Source: an uncultured Erysipelotrichaceae bacterium
Lineage (GTDB): Bacteria; Bacillota_I; Bacilli_A; RFN20; CAG-826
Direction: 5' to 3'
Assembly: GCA_947303755.1 (NCBI GenBank)
Contig: CAMYZF010000002.1
Coordinates: 1 to 47,224, forward strand
DNA length: 47,224 nt
Made by a program: the position numbers and the translations under genes. Every line of letters begins with the position of its first letter. Within the stretch, counting starts at the first letter, position 1. This document shows positions 32,880 through 41,601 of the stretch, in pieces. The notes beneath the pieces were generated by a model. It did no database searches, was not told where the DNA came from, and saw nothing but the letters and a program-made list of their open reading frames with translations.

Positions 32880-34885
32880 AAGCTTTAGTTGCAACTCTTT
32901 CATTTGTTTTAGGATTATATTTCTTAAGAAATAATATTGCTTTAAGCATCATTATTTCGCTCATTTACGTTATATTTATCTTCTTTAGATTTAATAAGAA
33001 GTGCGCGATGTTCTTTCTTCTAGTCTTTATTGGCGGCGCTATTCTTGGAAATCTAAAAATCGAATATAACAACAAAGAGAATGTCTACCAAGGAATGGTG
33101 GTGGAAGTGAAACAGAGTTATTTTATCTTCCAAAGCCATTTTGAAAAGTATTATGTCTATCAAGAAAATTGCGACAAAGAGATAGGAGATTGTTTGATCC
33201 TTCACTCTAGCCCAAACGAACTCAAGTTCACAACTTACGAATCCCGATTCGATTTTGGAGCTTATCTAAAAGATAAAGGAGTGAATAGAAGCCTTACTTT
33301 AAAGGATTACGAGACCAAGTTTTTAAATCCAATAAGGCTGCATAAAGGCAAACAAAAATTTCTCGATCAGCTAAATGAAAACGCAAAAGGATTAGTGAAT
33401 GCCATCATCTTTAATGAAAAGGATTATTCAAATCAAGCGATTGCCCAATTTGATGATTTGAATTTAATTTACCTTTTATCTACTAGCGGCATTTATCTAC
33501 ATCTCTTATTTGCGATAACGACGTACACATTCGGGCTGTTTGCATCTAAAAAAGTCGCAGAAGCCGTTCCGATTCTTTTATTCTCACCATTAGCTTTTTA
33601 CTCTTTTCCGAGAATCTCAATTTTAAGAATATTTCTGATCTCAATTTTGAAGTATATCAACACTCATTTCTTGAAAAAGAGATTCTCGTACTTAACATTG
33701 TTAAGTATTCTAGCATTGTTCTTTCTCATCATCGATTTCCATTTAGCGTATCAAGAAACATTTTATTTAGGATTTTCATTATCCCTACTAGGAGTGTTTT
33801 TAAGAACAGGCATCAGGGTACTTCCTTCGCGAAAAAGGAAAATTTACTTATCCATGTCCGCATATCTGTTTTTCTTTCCCTTATCCGTCCTGAAAGAAGC
33901 AGAATTACACCTCTTTTCATTTCCTTTTCAATTAATGCTTACCCCGTTTATGATGTTTTACCTTTTAACATCGATGCTGTTTCTATTAAGGATTCCATTA
34001 GTTGGTGTGATTAATCCATATTCAAACTTCCTAGTGGGGATATCGAAATCACTACTTAAACTTGATATAACCTTACCCTTTAGGGTAAACGATTGGTTTA
34101 TTTTTGCTTATTACGTTTTGATTGTTTTAATTCTATATCTTTTGGAATCTCAAAGAATTAGACATATGCGAAACGTAATCCTAGCCCTGGTCAGCATCGT
34201 AATAATAAATGTTTTTCCGATCATCCCCATTCATAATTCAATACATTTTATAAACGTTGGCCAGGGCGACTCTATTTTAATAAGAAATCGTAACAAAACA
34301 GTTTTGATTGATACTGGCGGAAACACCAGTTTTGATATGGCGGAAGAAAGCCTAATCCCATACTTCAACAAAATTGGAGTAAGACATATTAATTTACTAA
34401 TTACCACTCATGATGATTTCGATCATTCTGGAGCAGTTAGTTCTCTTAAAGAGAACTTTAAAGTCTATAATTATTTAAATAAGCGGGAAGATTTTCCTTG
34501 TCAAATTGGTGACATTTATTTAGAAAATATCAACTACTATAATGGGGACGAAAATGATTCTTGCCTCGTCTTTCTTTTGGATTTTATGAAAAAGAAATGG
34601 CTTTTAACAGGTGACGCTTCCGTTGAAAGTGAACAAGCGATTTTAAATAGTGGAGTCGACGTTGATTGCGACATTTTAAAAGTTGGTCATCATGGATCAA
34701 ATACATCTACATCTGAAGCTTTTATTAGAGCAACTTCGCCAAGCGAAGCCATCATTTCTTGTGGAGCGAAAAATAGATACGGTCATCCACATAAGGAAGT
34801 TATTGAACGTTTGGAAAAACACAATGTCAAAATTCGTCGAACAGATCTAGAAGGAACAATTTCTTATTCATCAATACTTACATAA
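32876..34885 (+). CDS. comEC: DNA internalisation channel ComEC/Rec2 with C-terminal metallo-beta-lactamase domain
   Basis: Polytopic competence domain. C-terminal INVGQGDSILI...THDDFDHSGA...KVGHHGS beta-lactamase-fold motifs. ATGA overlap with the comEA stop. Confidence 0.92.
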   Translation: MKALVATLSFVLGLYFLRNNIALSIIISLIYVIFIFFRFNKKCAMFFLLVFIGGAILGNLKIEYNNKENVYQGMVVEVKQSYFIFQSHFEKYYVYQENCDKEIGDCLILHSSPNELKFTTYESRFDFGAYLKDKGVNRSLTLKDYETKFLNPIRLHKGKQKFLDQLNENAKGLVNAIIFNEKDYSNQAIAQFDDLNLIYLLSTSGIYLHLLFAITTYTFGLFASKKVAEAVPILLFSPLAFYSFPRISILRIFLISILKYINTHFLKKRFSYLTLLSILALFFLIIDFHLAYQETFYLGFSLSLLGVFLRTGIRVLPSRKRKIYLSMSAYLFFFPLSVLKEAELHLFSFPFQLMLTPFMMFYLLTSMLFLLRIPLVGVINPYSNFLVGISKSLLKLDITLPFRVNDWFIFAYYVLIVLILYLLESQRIRHMRNVILALVSIVIINVFPIIPIHNSIHFINVGQGDSILIRNRNKTVLIDTGGNTSFDMAEESLIPYFNKIGVRHINLLITTHDDFDHSGAVSSLKENFKVYNYLNKREDFPCQIGDIYLENINYYNGDENDSCLVFLLDFMKKKWLLTGDASVESEQAILNSGVDVDCDILKVGHHGSNTSTSEAFIRATSPSEAIISCGAKNRYGHPHKEVIERLEKHNVKIRRTDLEGTISYSSILT

Positions 34886-34890
34886 TGGTA

Positions 34891-34896
34891 TATAAT
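34891..34896 (+). promoter_or_regulatory. -10 box TATAAT 8 nt upstream of ATG 34905 (leaderless or near-leaderless candidate)
   Basis: TATAAT-TCAGAATA-ATG with no SD. Confidence 0.4.
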
Positions 34897-34904
34897 TCAG
34901 AATA

Positions 34905-35855
34905 ATGAATTACATCGTTTATGGCGAACAATATCCAATGATTAAAAAGCGCCTCGAGAAGGTCTTAAAAGAAAGACTCGGTGAGGTTGATGATTTTAAT
35001 GTCGTAAAATTTGAATATTCAAAGGATAACATCGATGAAATAGTGGATGAAGCCAGCATGCTTCCTTTAGGATATGATTCAAAAGCCGTGGTGGTGGATA
35101 AAGCCACATTTTTAGAGCCAAAAGGCGATAAAGAAGCCAATGAAAAAATCTATGAATTAATTCAAAATATCTCAGATTCTATCAATCTTATTTTGATTCT
35201 TAGAAGCGAAAATATCGATGATAAAAATGAAATAGTTAGCTTTATCAAAACTAACGGAGAAATATTTGAGATTCTTTCACCTAAGAAAGATGAATGGCCC
35301 ATTTATATCAAAAAATATTTCAAAGATAGAAATGTCCAAATTGATGATAACGCAGTGGAGGAACTTGCCTCTAGAGTCGATGGCGACTTAATGCGCTTTG
35401 TTAACGAGGCTAAAAAGCTTTGCTTATACAAAGATCATTTAACCTTAACAGACATCACTCTTATGGTGGCGAAGCCTCTTGAAGATGATGCTTTTCAAAT
35501 CACTAATGCGCTATATAGAGGTGATAACGCTGCAGCTTTATCAATCTTTAGAGATATCCGTTTGTTAGGCTCCAATTCAACCGATGGCTTAATTCCTATG
35601 CTTGGCTCACAGTTTAGATTTGCTTCCCAAGTTATGTTTTTAGCGTCACGTGGATTAGATCAAAAAGAAATCGCTAATCAACTAAAGGCCAATGAATTTA
35701 GAGTGAAAATCACATTAAAAAATGCGCGTCGTTTGTCTAGAAGACAAATCGCTCATGCATTAGATGATTTATATTATCTTGATTACCAAATTAAAAGCGG
35801 TCAGATCAACCGCTTCTATGGTTTAGAATTATTTTTAATTAATTTTCCAAACTAA
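34905..35855 (+). CDS. holA: DNA polymerase III delta subunit
   Basis: 316 aa with AAA-like fold features. The conserved position directly after comEC and convergent with rpsT matches Bacillus. No strong catalytic motif is expected for this family. Confidence 0.75.
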   Translation: MNYIVYGEQYPMIKKRLEKVLKERLGEVDDFNVVKFEYSKDNIDEIVDEASMLPLGYDSKAVVVDKATFLEPKGDKEANEKIYELIQNISDSINLILILRSENIDDKNEIVSFIKTNGEIFEILSPKKDEWPIYIKKYFKDRNVQIDDNAVEELASRVDGDLMRFVNEAKKLCLYKDHLTLTDITLMVAKPLEDDAFQITNALYRGDNAAALSIFRDIRLLGSNSTDGLIPMLGSQFRFASQVMFLASRGLDQKEIANQLKANEFRVKITLKNARRLSRRQIAHALDDLYYLDYQIKSGQINRFYGLELFLINFPN

Positions 35856-36122
35856 TTATTTAGCTAAAGAATTAACTAATTTTGCAAGGCTGGATTTTTT
35901 ACGTGCAGCTGTATTACGGGTATAAACACCAGCAGTGACGCTCTTATCGATTAATTTGATAGCGAGTTTTAATTCTGCTTCAGCAGCTTTTACGTCTTTC
36001 TTTTCGACTGCAACACGAACCTTCTTGGCTTGAGTGGAGATTCTGCTACGGTAGGAGACGTTACGTTGACGTGCCTTTTCGTTAGTTCCAATTCTTTTGA
36101 TTTGTGATTTGATTTGCGCCAT
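35856..36122 (-). CDS. rpsT: 30S ribosomal protein S20
   Basis: MAQIKSQIKRIGTNEKARQRN... is a basic 88-aa S20 signature. SD AGAGG. Confidence 0.95.
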   Translation of the reverse strand: MAQIKSQIKRIGTNEKARQRNVSYRSRISTQAKKVRVAVEKKDVKAAEAELKLAIKLIDKSVTAGVYTRNTAARKKSSLAKLVNSLAK

Positions 36123-36185
36123 TTTAATTACCTCTTAAAAATGTTCGTTCATAAGTTTATCAAACTTAGAAATTATTAACAATTG

Positions 36186-38189
36186 TTATTTGCTTTTTTT
36201 GACTCCTAGAAGTCCCAAAATTGCTTCAGTAAATTCATTTACTGATGTTAATTTAGCATATAGCTCTTCTGGAATCTTGATTTGGAATTCTTGATCCAAA
36301 TAGTTGATTAATTCGATATAAGACATCGAATCACCACCTAAATCATTAATCCAGTGGTCATCGTCTCCAACTTTGATGATTGGAAGATATAGTGTCTTTG
36401 CAAAGATATGACGGACTTTTTTAATAACTGGTTCGACATCTTCTTTCTTATAACCATCGAAATTCTTGATTTCTTTCTTTTCATCAAATGAAAGGAAAGC
36501 ACCTTTTTTAATCTTGATTAATTCGCGGACTTGGAAACGTTTAACCTTCATTGAAGCAGTTAAAGGAAGTTTCTCTTTAGCGATGAAGAAATCTTGAACT
36601 CTCTTTTCGTTAGAAAGAGTGAGATTGATTCTATCAATTTCCGCTTTCATGGCTTTGAGTTTTTCTTCATCAACATCGTTAGCAATCTCAAAGATTGCGG
36701 TGATGGATTCGTGAGTGGTTTTACCCTTCTTCACGCCGATAACACAGACGTTAGTGACTCCATTAACTTCCTTGAAGTAATCTTCGATTTCGTCTGGATA
36801 AATGTTTTCACCGTTTTCATTAATAATGATATCTTTGATACGGCCTTTAATGTAATAGAATCCAGTTTCATCCTTAGATGCAATATCGCCTGTAGGCATA
36901 AAACCATCGATCAATTCTGGAGTTTGTTCCACACCATTGATGATTTCAATCTTATGGGTGATATCAGATTTGATCATGAGTTCACCAACATTTGGATGAA
37001 GTTTGGTGGTGTTTCTTAATTTGAATTCGACTCCGTGAAGTGGTTTACCGATTGAACCTTTTAAACGATATTCAACTTTTGGTGAAAGTTCGACACTGAC
37101 AACGCCAGCCTCAGTCATTCCATATCCATTGTATAATGGATATCCAATACCGTTGATAATGTTCATTGTCTCAGCAGAGATGTAGCCTCCGCCTGAGATA
37201 CAATAACGAATCTTCTTACCAAGAAGTTGGCTTTGGACTATGCCTAAGGCAACTGGGTAAGATGCTTGACCAGCTTCTTGAGCGGTGATCTTGTGGGTAT
37301 TGAAGGCAATCATCTTAGATAAGATGTCAGCTTTCTTTGGTCCTTCAAGATCTGCTTTACGGATTAAGGATTGAGCGAGTGAATCCCAGAATAATGGGAC
37401 ACTATAGACATGTGTAACGCCGCAACGTTGGCATGTTGACATAACTTCGGTTGGTGATAAGTCTTTAACAAAAACAATGTTTTTGCCATAGAATGTGTAC
37501 CAAAGGAAGACAGCAACGAAACCAAAGATGTGGTGGAATGGAATAATCGCGGCGATATTGATTTCGCCTGGATACATAATGTCGCTTGTGGTGTTTGGCA
37601 TATCTAAACTGGCAGCGATTTGATGACAGAAGTTTGCGCCATCAAAGACCATGAGCTTGACGTTACCAGTTGTACCACTTGAGCAGAACATAACTTCATT
37701 AGCCCAAGTAACTGGGAATTTAAAGTTAACTTTAACATCTGCTAATGTGCCAACATTAACAGTTAAAACTGAGTAGGAGAAGATTTCTCCTGTGATGATG
37801 GCTTTAGCACCAGATTCTTTTAATAAAGTTTCAGTGTTTTCTTTTGGTAATTTAGCATCGATTAGAAATGGAACATATCCATTCATAAGGATGCCCCAGA
37901 AAAGACGTGGCCAGTCAGGACAGTTTTTAAGTTTCAAACCAACGACTGAATTTTTTGGTAATTCATGTAATTTTTGGGAAATCTTTGATGCTGTTTCAAA
38001 GCATAATGAACGATAGTTCTTATATTTATAAGAAACAACTTTTCCTTTTTCGTTGATATATGTAATTGCAGTTTCTCTCGCGTGTTGAGTGGTAGCTGCT
38101 AGGTAAATTTCTTGTAATGTTTTTGATGTTTTGAGTAAGTTGGCGGCGGATTCGAAGAATTTTTTAATTTGTTTAATATCTTGTGCCAT
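36186..38189 (-). CDS. Adenylate-forming enzyme fused to a C-terminal carrier (phosphopantetheine-binding) domain
   Basis: Adenylation motifs CSSGTTGNVKL, NGYGMTEAG, TGDIASKDETGFYYIKGRIKD and ASMKVKRF. C-terminal LGGDSMSYIELINYL is a carrier-protein serine motif. Confidence 0.85.
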   Translation of the reverse strand: MAQDIKQIKKFFESAANLLKTSKTLQEIYLAATTQHARETAITYINEKGKVVSYKYKNYRSLCFETASKISQKLHELPKNSVVGLKLKNCPDWPRLFWGILMNGYVPFLIDAKLPKENTETLLKESGAKAIITGEIFSYSVLTVNVGTLADVKVNFKFPVTWANEVMFCSSGTTGNVKLMVFDGANFCHQIAASLDMPNTTSDIMYPGEINIAAIIPFHHIFGFVAVFLWYTFYGKNIVFVKDLSPTEVMSTCQRCGVTHVYSVPLFWDSLAQSLIRKADLEGPKKADILSKMIAFNTHKITAQEAGQASYPVALGIVQSQLLGKKIRYCISGGGYISAETMNIINGIGYPLYNGYGMTEAGVVSVELSPKVEYRLKGSIGKPLHGVEFKLRNTTKLHPNVGELMIKSDITHKIEIINGVEQTPELIDGFMPTGDIASKDETGFYYIKGRIKDIIINENGENIYPDEIEDYFKEVNGVTNVCVIGVKKGKTTHESITAIFEIANDVDEEKLKAMKAEIDRINLTLSNEKRVQDFFIAKEKLPLTASMKVKRFQVRELIKIKKGAFLSFDEKKEIKNFDGYKKEDVEPVIKKVRHIFAKTLYLPIIKVGDDDHWINDLGGDSMSYIELINYLDQEFQIKIPEELYAKLTSVNEFTEAILGLLGVKKSK

Positions 38190-38232
38190 AATTTTCTCCT
38201 AAGAATACCTATAATAGCAAATTCTAACATGA

Positions 38233-38261
38233 TTGAAAATCATTAAATCTAACTTTATAAT
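38233..38261 (+). promoter_or_regulatory. fmt promoter TTGAAA-17-TATAAT with the -10 box 7 nt upstream of ATG 38269 (leaderless candidate)
   Basis: TTGAAA 38233-38238, TATAAT 38256-38261, then TACTTGC-ATG with no SD. Confidence 0.55.
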
Positions 38262-38268
38262 TACTTGC

Positions 38269-39204
38269 ATGAAGTCCATCCAAAACTATCGAATTGTGTA
38301 TATGGGCACTCCTACGATGAGCGCGAAGATTCTTGAAACTTTAGTTCAAGATGGTTTTAACATTGTCGCATTGATTGCCCAAGAAGATAAGCCACAAGGT
38401 CGTAAAGGACTTCTTGAAAAAGTTCCAACGAAAGTTGTAGCGGAGAAATATAACATTCCTGTCTACCAACCACATCGCATTCGTAAAGAATATGAGTTTG
38501 TGAAGGACTTAAAACCAGATTTAATCTTAACAATGGCCTATGGCCAAATCATTCCACAAGGTCTTCTTGATATTCCTAGACTCGGTTGCCTTAATATCCA
38601 CGGATCGATTCTTCCAAAATATAGAGGTGCCGCGCCAATTCAAAGAGCAATCATTGAAGGCGAAACTAGAACCGGTGTGACCTTAATGGAAATGATCGAC
38701 AAGATGGACGCTGGAAAAATGTTCGCATTTGAAGAATGTGAAATCACCCCAGAAGATAACTACACATCACTTTGTGATAAGATCGTCGATTGTGGTGTCA
38801 GAGTCATAAGAAATAATCTCGTTAAATATCTTGAAGGAAATCTTCCAGGTGTTGAACAAGATGAAAATAAAGTCACTTTTGCGGATAAAATTAAACCAGA
38901 AGATGAAAAATTAGATTTATCTAAACCTACAAATCTATTCCTAAATTGGGTTCGTGGGTTAAGTGAAGAACCTGGTGGATACGTCTTACTAAATGATTTG
39001 AAGTTCAAAATCTTCAAGGCTCATAAGATGTCCGACAAAGTCGATTCTCCTATCGGGAGCTTGACAATTAACAAAAGAGTGTACCTTCAATTAAGTGACG
39101 GAGTCATCGAATTAGATGAGGTCCAACTTGAAGGTAAGAAAAGAATGGACGCTAAGAGCTTCGCAAATGGCTCTCAAAAATTGAACGGGTCAATCGTAAA
39201 ATAA
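38269..39204 (+). CDS. fmt: Methionyl-tRNA formyltransferase
   Basis: RIVYMGTP near the N-terminus, and HGSILPKYRGAAPIQRAI as the catalytic motif. ATG 38269 is preferred over TTG 38233. Confidence 0.93.
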   Translation: MKSIQNYRIVYMGTPTMSAKILETLVQDGFNIVALIAQEDKPQGRKGLLEKVPTKVVAEKYNIPVYQPHRIRKEYEFVKDLKPDLILTMAYGQIIPQGLLDIPRLGCLNIHGSILPKYRGAAPIQRAIIEGETRTGVTLMEMIDKMDAGKMFAFEECEITPEDNYTSLCDKIVDCGVRVIRNNLVKYLEGNLPGVEQDENKVTFADKIKPEDEKLDLSKPTNLFLNWVRGLSEEPGGYVLLNDLKFKIFKAHKMSDKVDSPIGSLTINKRVYLQLSDGVIELDEVQLEGKKRMDAKSFANGSQKLNGSIVK

Positions 39205-39217
39205 AAAAAGTAAAGAA

Positions 39218-39241
39218 GGCTAGTTAAAACTAGTCTTTTTT
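39218..39241 (+). terminator. Intrinsic terminator of fmt
   Basis: GGCTAGT / ACTAGTC stem (one G-U pair) with TAAA loop, followed by TTTTTT. Confidence 0.8.
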
Positions 39242-39242
39242 A

Positions 39243-39251
39243 TGATAGAAT
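39243..39251 (+). promoter_or_regulatory. Extended -10 TGaTAGAAT 6 nt upstream of ATG 39258 (leaderless candidate)
   Basis: TG 39243-39244 and TAGAAT 39246-39251, then TGTTGC-ATG with no SD. Confidence 0.5.
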
Positions 39252-39257
39252 TGTTGC

Positions 39258-41591
39258 ATGGAAAAGTCGTTATCTCTTTCTGTTCACCAACTCGTCGATT
39301 TCTTATTAAGAACCGGCGATATCGATAATCGTGTTTATAACAAGACCACAATGAGTGAAGGAACGAAGATTCATTCCTTCCATCAATCTAGACAAAAGAA
39401 GAACTATATTCCCGAGTATTATCTAAGGGAAACATTTTATGTTTCTGATTTCACAGTTACTCTCGATGGGCGTGCTGACGGAATCATCATCGAAGACGAT
39501 GGAGCGACGGTGGATGAAATTAAATCAACCATCGCACCTCTTGAAGAATATTATGAATCACAAAAAGAATGGCATCTTGGTCAGGCTAAATGCTATGCAT
39601 TAATGTACGCTCATCTAAACAATCTTTCGGAAATCAAAGTTCAGCTAACTTATATCCAACAAATCGATAAAGAGAAAATGGTCAAACATTTCTCTTATAA
39701 GACAAGCGAACTTGAAGAATACGTTAAAGATTTAATCAAAGATTACATTGACTTTTATACTTATATTTTTGAACGAACCGAGAAAAGAAACGAATCCGCA
39801 AAAACTCTTGCGTTTCCATATCCAGAATTTAGAAAAGGTCAAAAGGAACTCGCCAAATATGTTTATGGTGTAGCAGTGAATGGTGGAACACTTTTCGCTG
39901 AAGCGCCAACTGGCATTGGTAAAACAATGTCCACCCTTTATCCATATGTGAGATCCTTTAAGGATGAGGAAAACCAAAAGATTTTCTATTTAACCGCTAA
40001 GAACTCTGGACGCTTTATGGCGTTTGAAGCAACTAAGCTCCTTCAAGAAACAGGTTTGGTGGCTTCTGGAATCGTCATCACTGCGAAAGACAAAATGTGC
40101 CTATGCCCAGGCAAAGGATGTAATCCTGATGAGTGTCCATTCGCAAAGGATTATTACACTCACATACGAAAAGTAATCACTGAATCGATTAGACAATACA
40201 ATCTCTTCTCGCCAGAAGTTATTACAGATATTGCAAAGCAATACGCGATTTGTCCATTCGAATTATCATTAGATTTATCCTTGTATGTCGACATCATTAT
40301 CTGCGACTACAATTATCTATTTGATCCGATGGTTTATCTTAAAAGATACTTTGATGAAGATGCATCAAAGATGATCGTACTTGTCGATGAAGCACACAAC
40401 TTAGTTGATCGTGGAAGAGAGATGTATTCGGCTTCGTTTAACTCCTACGCATTTAAATTAGCGAAGAGAGCAGTGAGACATCTTGAACACAAAAAGATTA
40501 AAAACGCTATAAAGCGTATCTCTAAATTATTCAATCAATTTGAAGACTTTGAAGAAGGCGAGACAATTATTGATGCTTTAGATCACACAGATCTAGCCGG
40601 CATCGATGCTTATCTATTAGCCGCCAGCGATGTCCTTAAACATCATCACGCTGCTATTAATGATGATTTCATCGATTTCTACTTTGAACTCAATAAATTC
40701 TCCAAACTCTACGAGCTACATGACTCGTCATTTACGTTATTTATCACAAAAACGCCTTCACAAGAGACGAAAGTTACTTTGTATTGCTTAGACCCAAGAG
40801 AGCATCTTAGGAACGCTTTAAACAAGGTAAAATCCAAGGTTATCTTCTCAGCAACTCTTTCACCTAGTGAATATTACATTGATCTCCTCGGAGGAAGAAA
40901 AGACACCCCGTTATTAACTCTTCCATCACCATTTCCAAAGGAAAATCTTGATTTAATGGTACTTCCAAATGTTTCGATTCGTTACAAAAATAGAGAGCAG
41001 ACTTACGAATTAGTCTCTGACTACATTAAAACTTTAGTGACAGGGCACGTAGGAAATTATTTCATCTACGTTCCAAGCTATGAATATTTGGAGAAACTCC
41101 AACCATATCTTGCGGATGGTGATTATACCCTCATCGTTCAAGAAAAGGATATGACCGAACAAGATAGAAGACAATTTTTGTCTTGCTTTGTTGATAAACC
41201 AGAAACATCCACAGTCGGTTTAGCGGTGGTTGGTGGTGCTTTTGGAGAAGGCATCGATTTAGTTAGCGAACGCCTTATTGGCGTTGTTGTGGTAGGAATT
41301 GGTCTACCACAAATCTGTTTTGAAAGAGATTTGATTCGCACCTATTTCGAAGAAAAATATGGAAAAGGCTATTCGTATTCTTATAAGAATCCTGGTATTA
41401 ACAAAGTTATGCAGGCGGTTGGGCGAGTCATTAGAAGCGAAACCGATAGAGGAGTAGCGTTGCTAATTGATGATAGATATTTATCTAGTTCCTATTCGAA
41501 CCTGTTTGAAAAGAATTGGAATCATTATAAAGTAGTGACTTCAATTAAAGATGTAAAAGAAGAAGTTGCTAACTTCTGGAAGAAAAAATAG
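39258..41591 (+). CDS. PD-(D/E)XK nuclease-like N-terminal domain fused to an XPD/DinG-family Fe-S helicase
   Basis: N-terminus: DGRADGII...VDEIKST...[10 protein letters not shown], a D...DEIK...QxxxY nuclease pattern. Helicase: [10 protein letters not shown] (motif I), VDEAHNL (DEAH), and a Cys cluster [15 protein letters not shown]...ICPF between motifs I and II. Confidence 0.8.
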   Translation: MEKSLSLSVHQLVDFLLRTGDIDNRVYNKTTMSEGTKIHSFHQSRQKKNYIPEYYLRETFYVSDFTVTLDGRADGIIIEDDGATVDEIKSTIAPLEEYYESQKEWHLGQAKCYALMYAHLNNLSEIKVQLTYIQQIDKEKMVKHFSYKTSELEEYVKDLIKDYIDFYTYIFERTEKRNESAKTLAFPYPEFRKGQKELAKYVYGVAVNGGTLFAEAPTGIGKTMSTLYPYVRSFKDEENQKIFYLTAKNSGRFMAFEATKLLQETGLVASGIVITAKDKMCLCPGKGCNPDECPFAKDYYTHIRKVITESIRQYNLFSPEVITDIAKQYAICPFELSLDLSLYVDIIICDYNYLFDPMVYLKRYFDEDASKMIVLVDEAHNLVDRGREMYSASFNSYAFKLAKRAVRHLEHKKIKNAIKRISKLFNQFEDFEEGETIIDALDHTDLAGIDAYLLAASDVLKHHHAAINDDFIDFYFELNKFSKLYELHDSSFTLFITKTPSQETKVTLYCLDPREHLRNALNKVKSKVIFSATLSPSEYYIDLLGGRKDTPLLTLPSPFPKENLDLMVLPNVSIRYKNREQTYELVSDYIKTLVTGHVGNYFIYVPSYEYLEKLQPYLADGDYTLIVQEKDMTEQDRRQFLSCFVDKPETSTVGLAVVGGAFGEGIDLVSERLIGVVVVGIGLPQICFERDLIRTYFEEKYGKGYSYSYKNPGINKVMQAVGRVIRSETDRGVALLIDDRYLSSSYSNLFEKNWNHYKVVTSIKDVKEEVANFWKKK

Positions 41592-41594
41592 AAT
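41589..41594 (+). promoter_or_regulatory. -10-like TAGAAT 7 nt upstream of ATG 41602 (leaderless candidate); its TAG is the helicase stop codon
   Basis: TAGAAT-ATTTCTT-ATG with no SD. Confidence 0.4.
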
Positions 41595-41601
41595 ATTTCT
41601 T

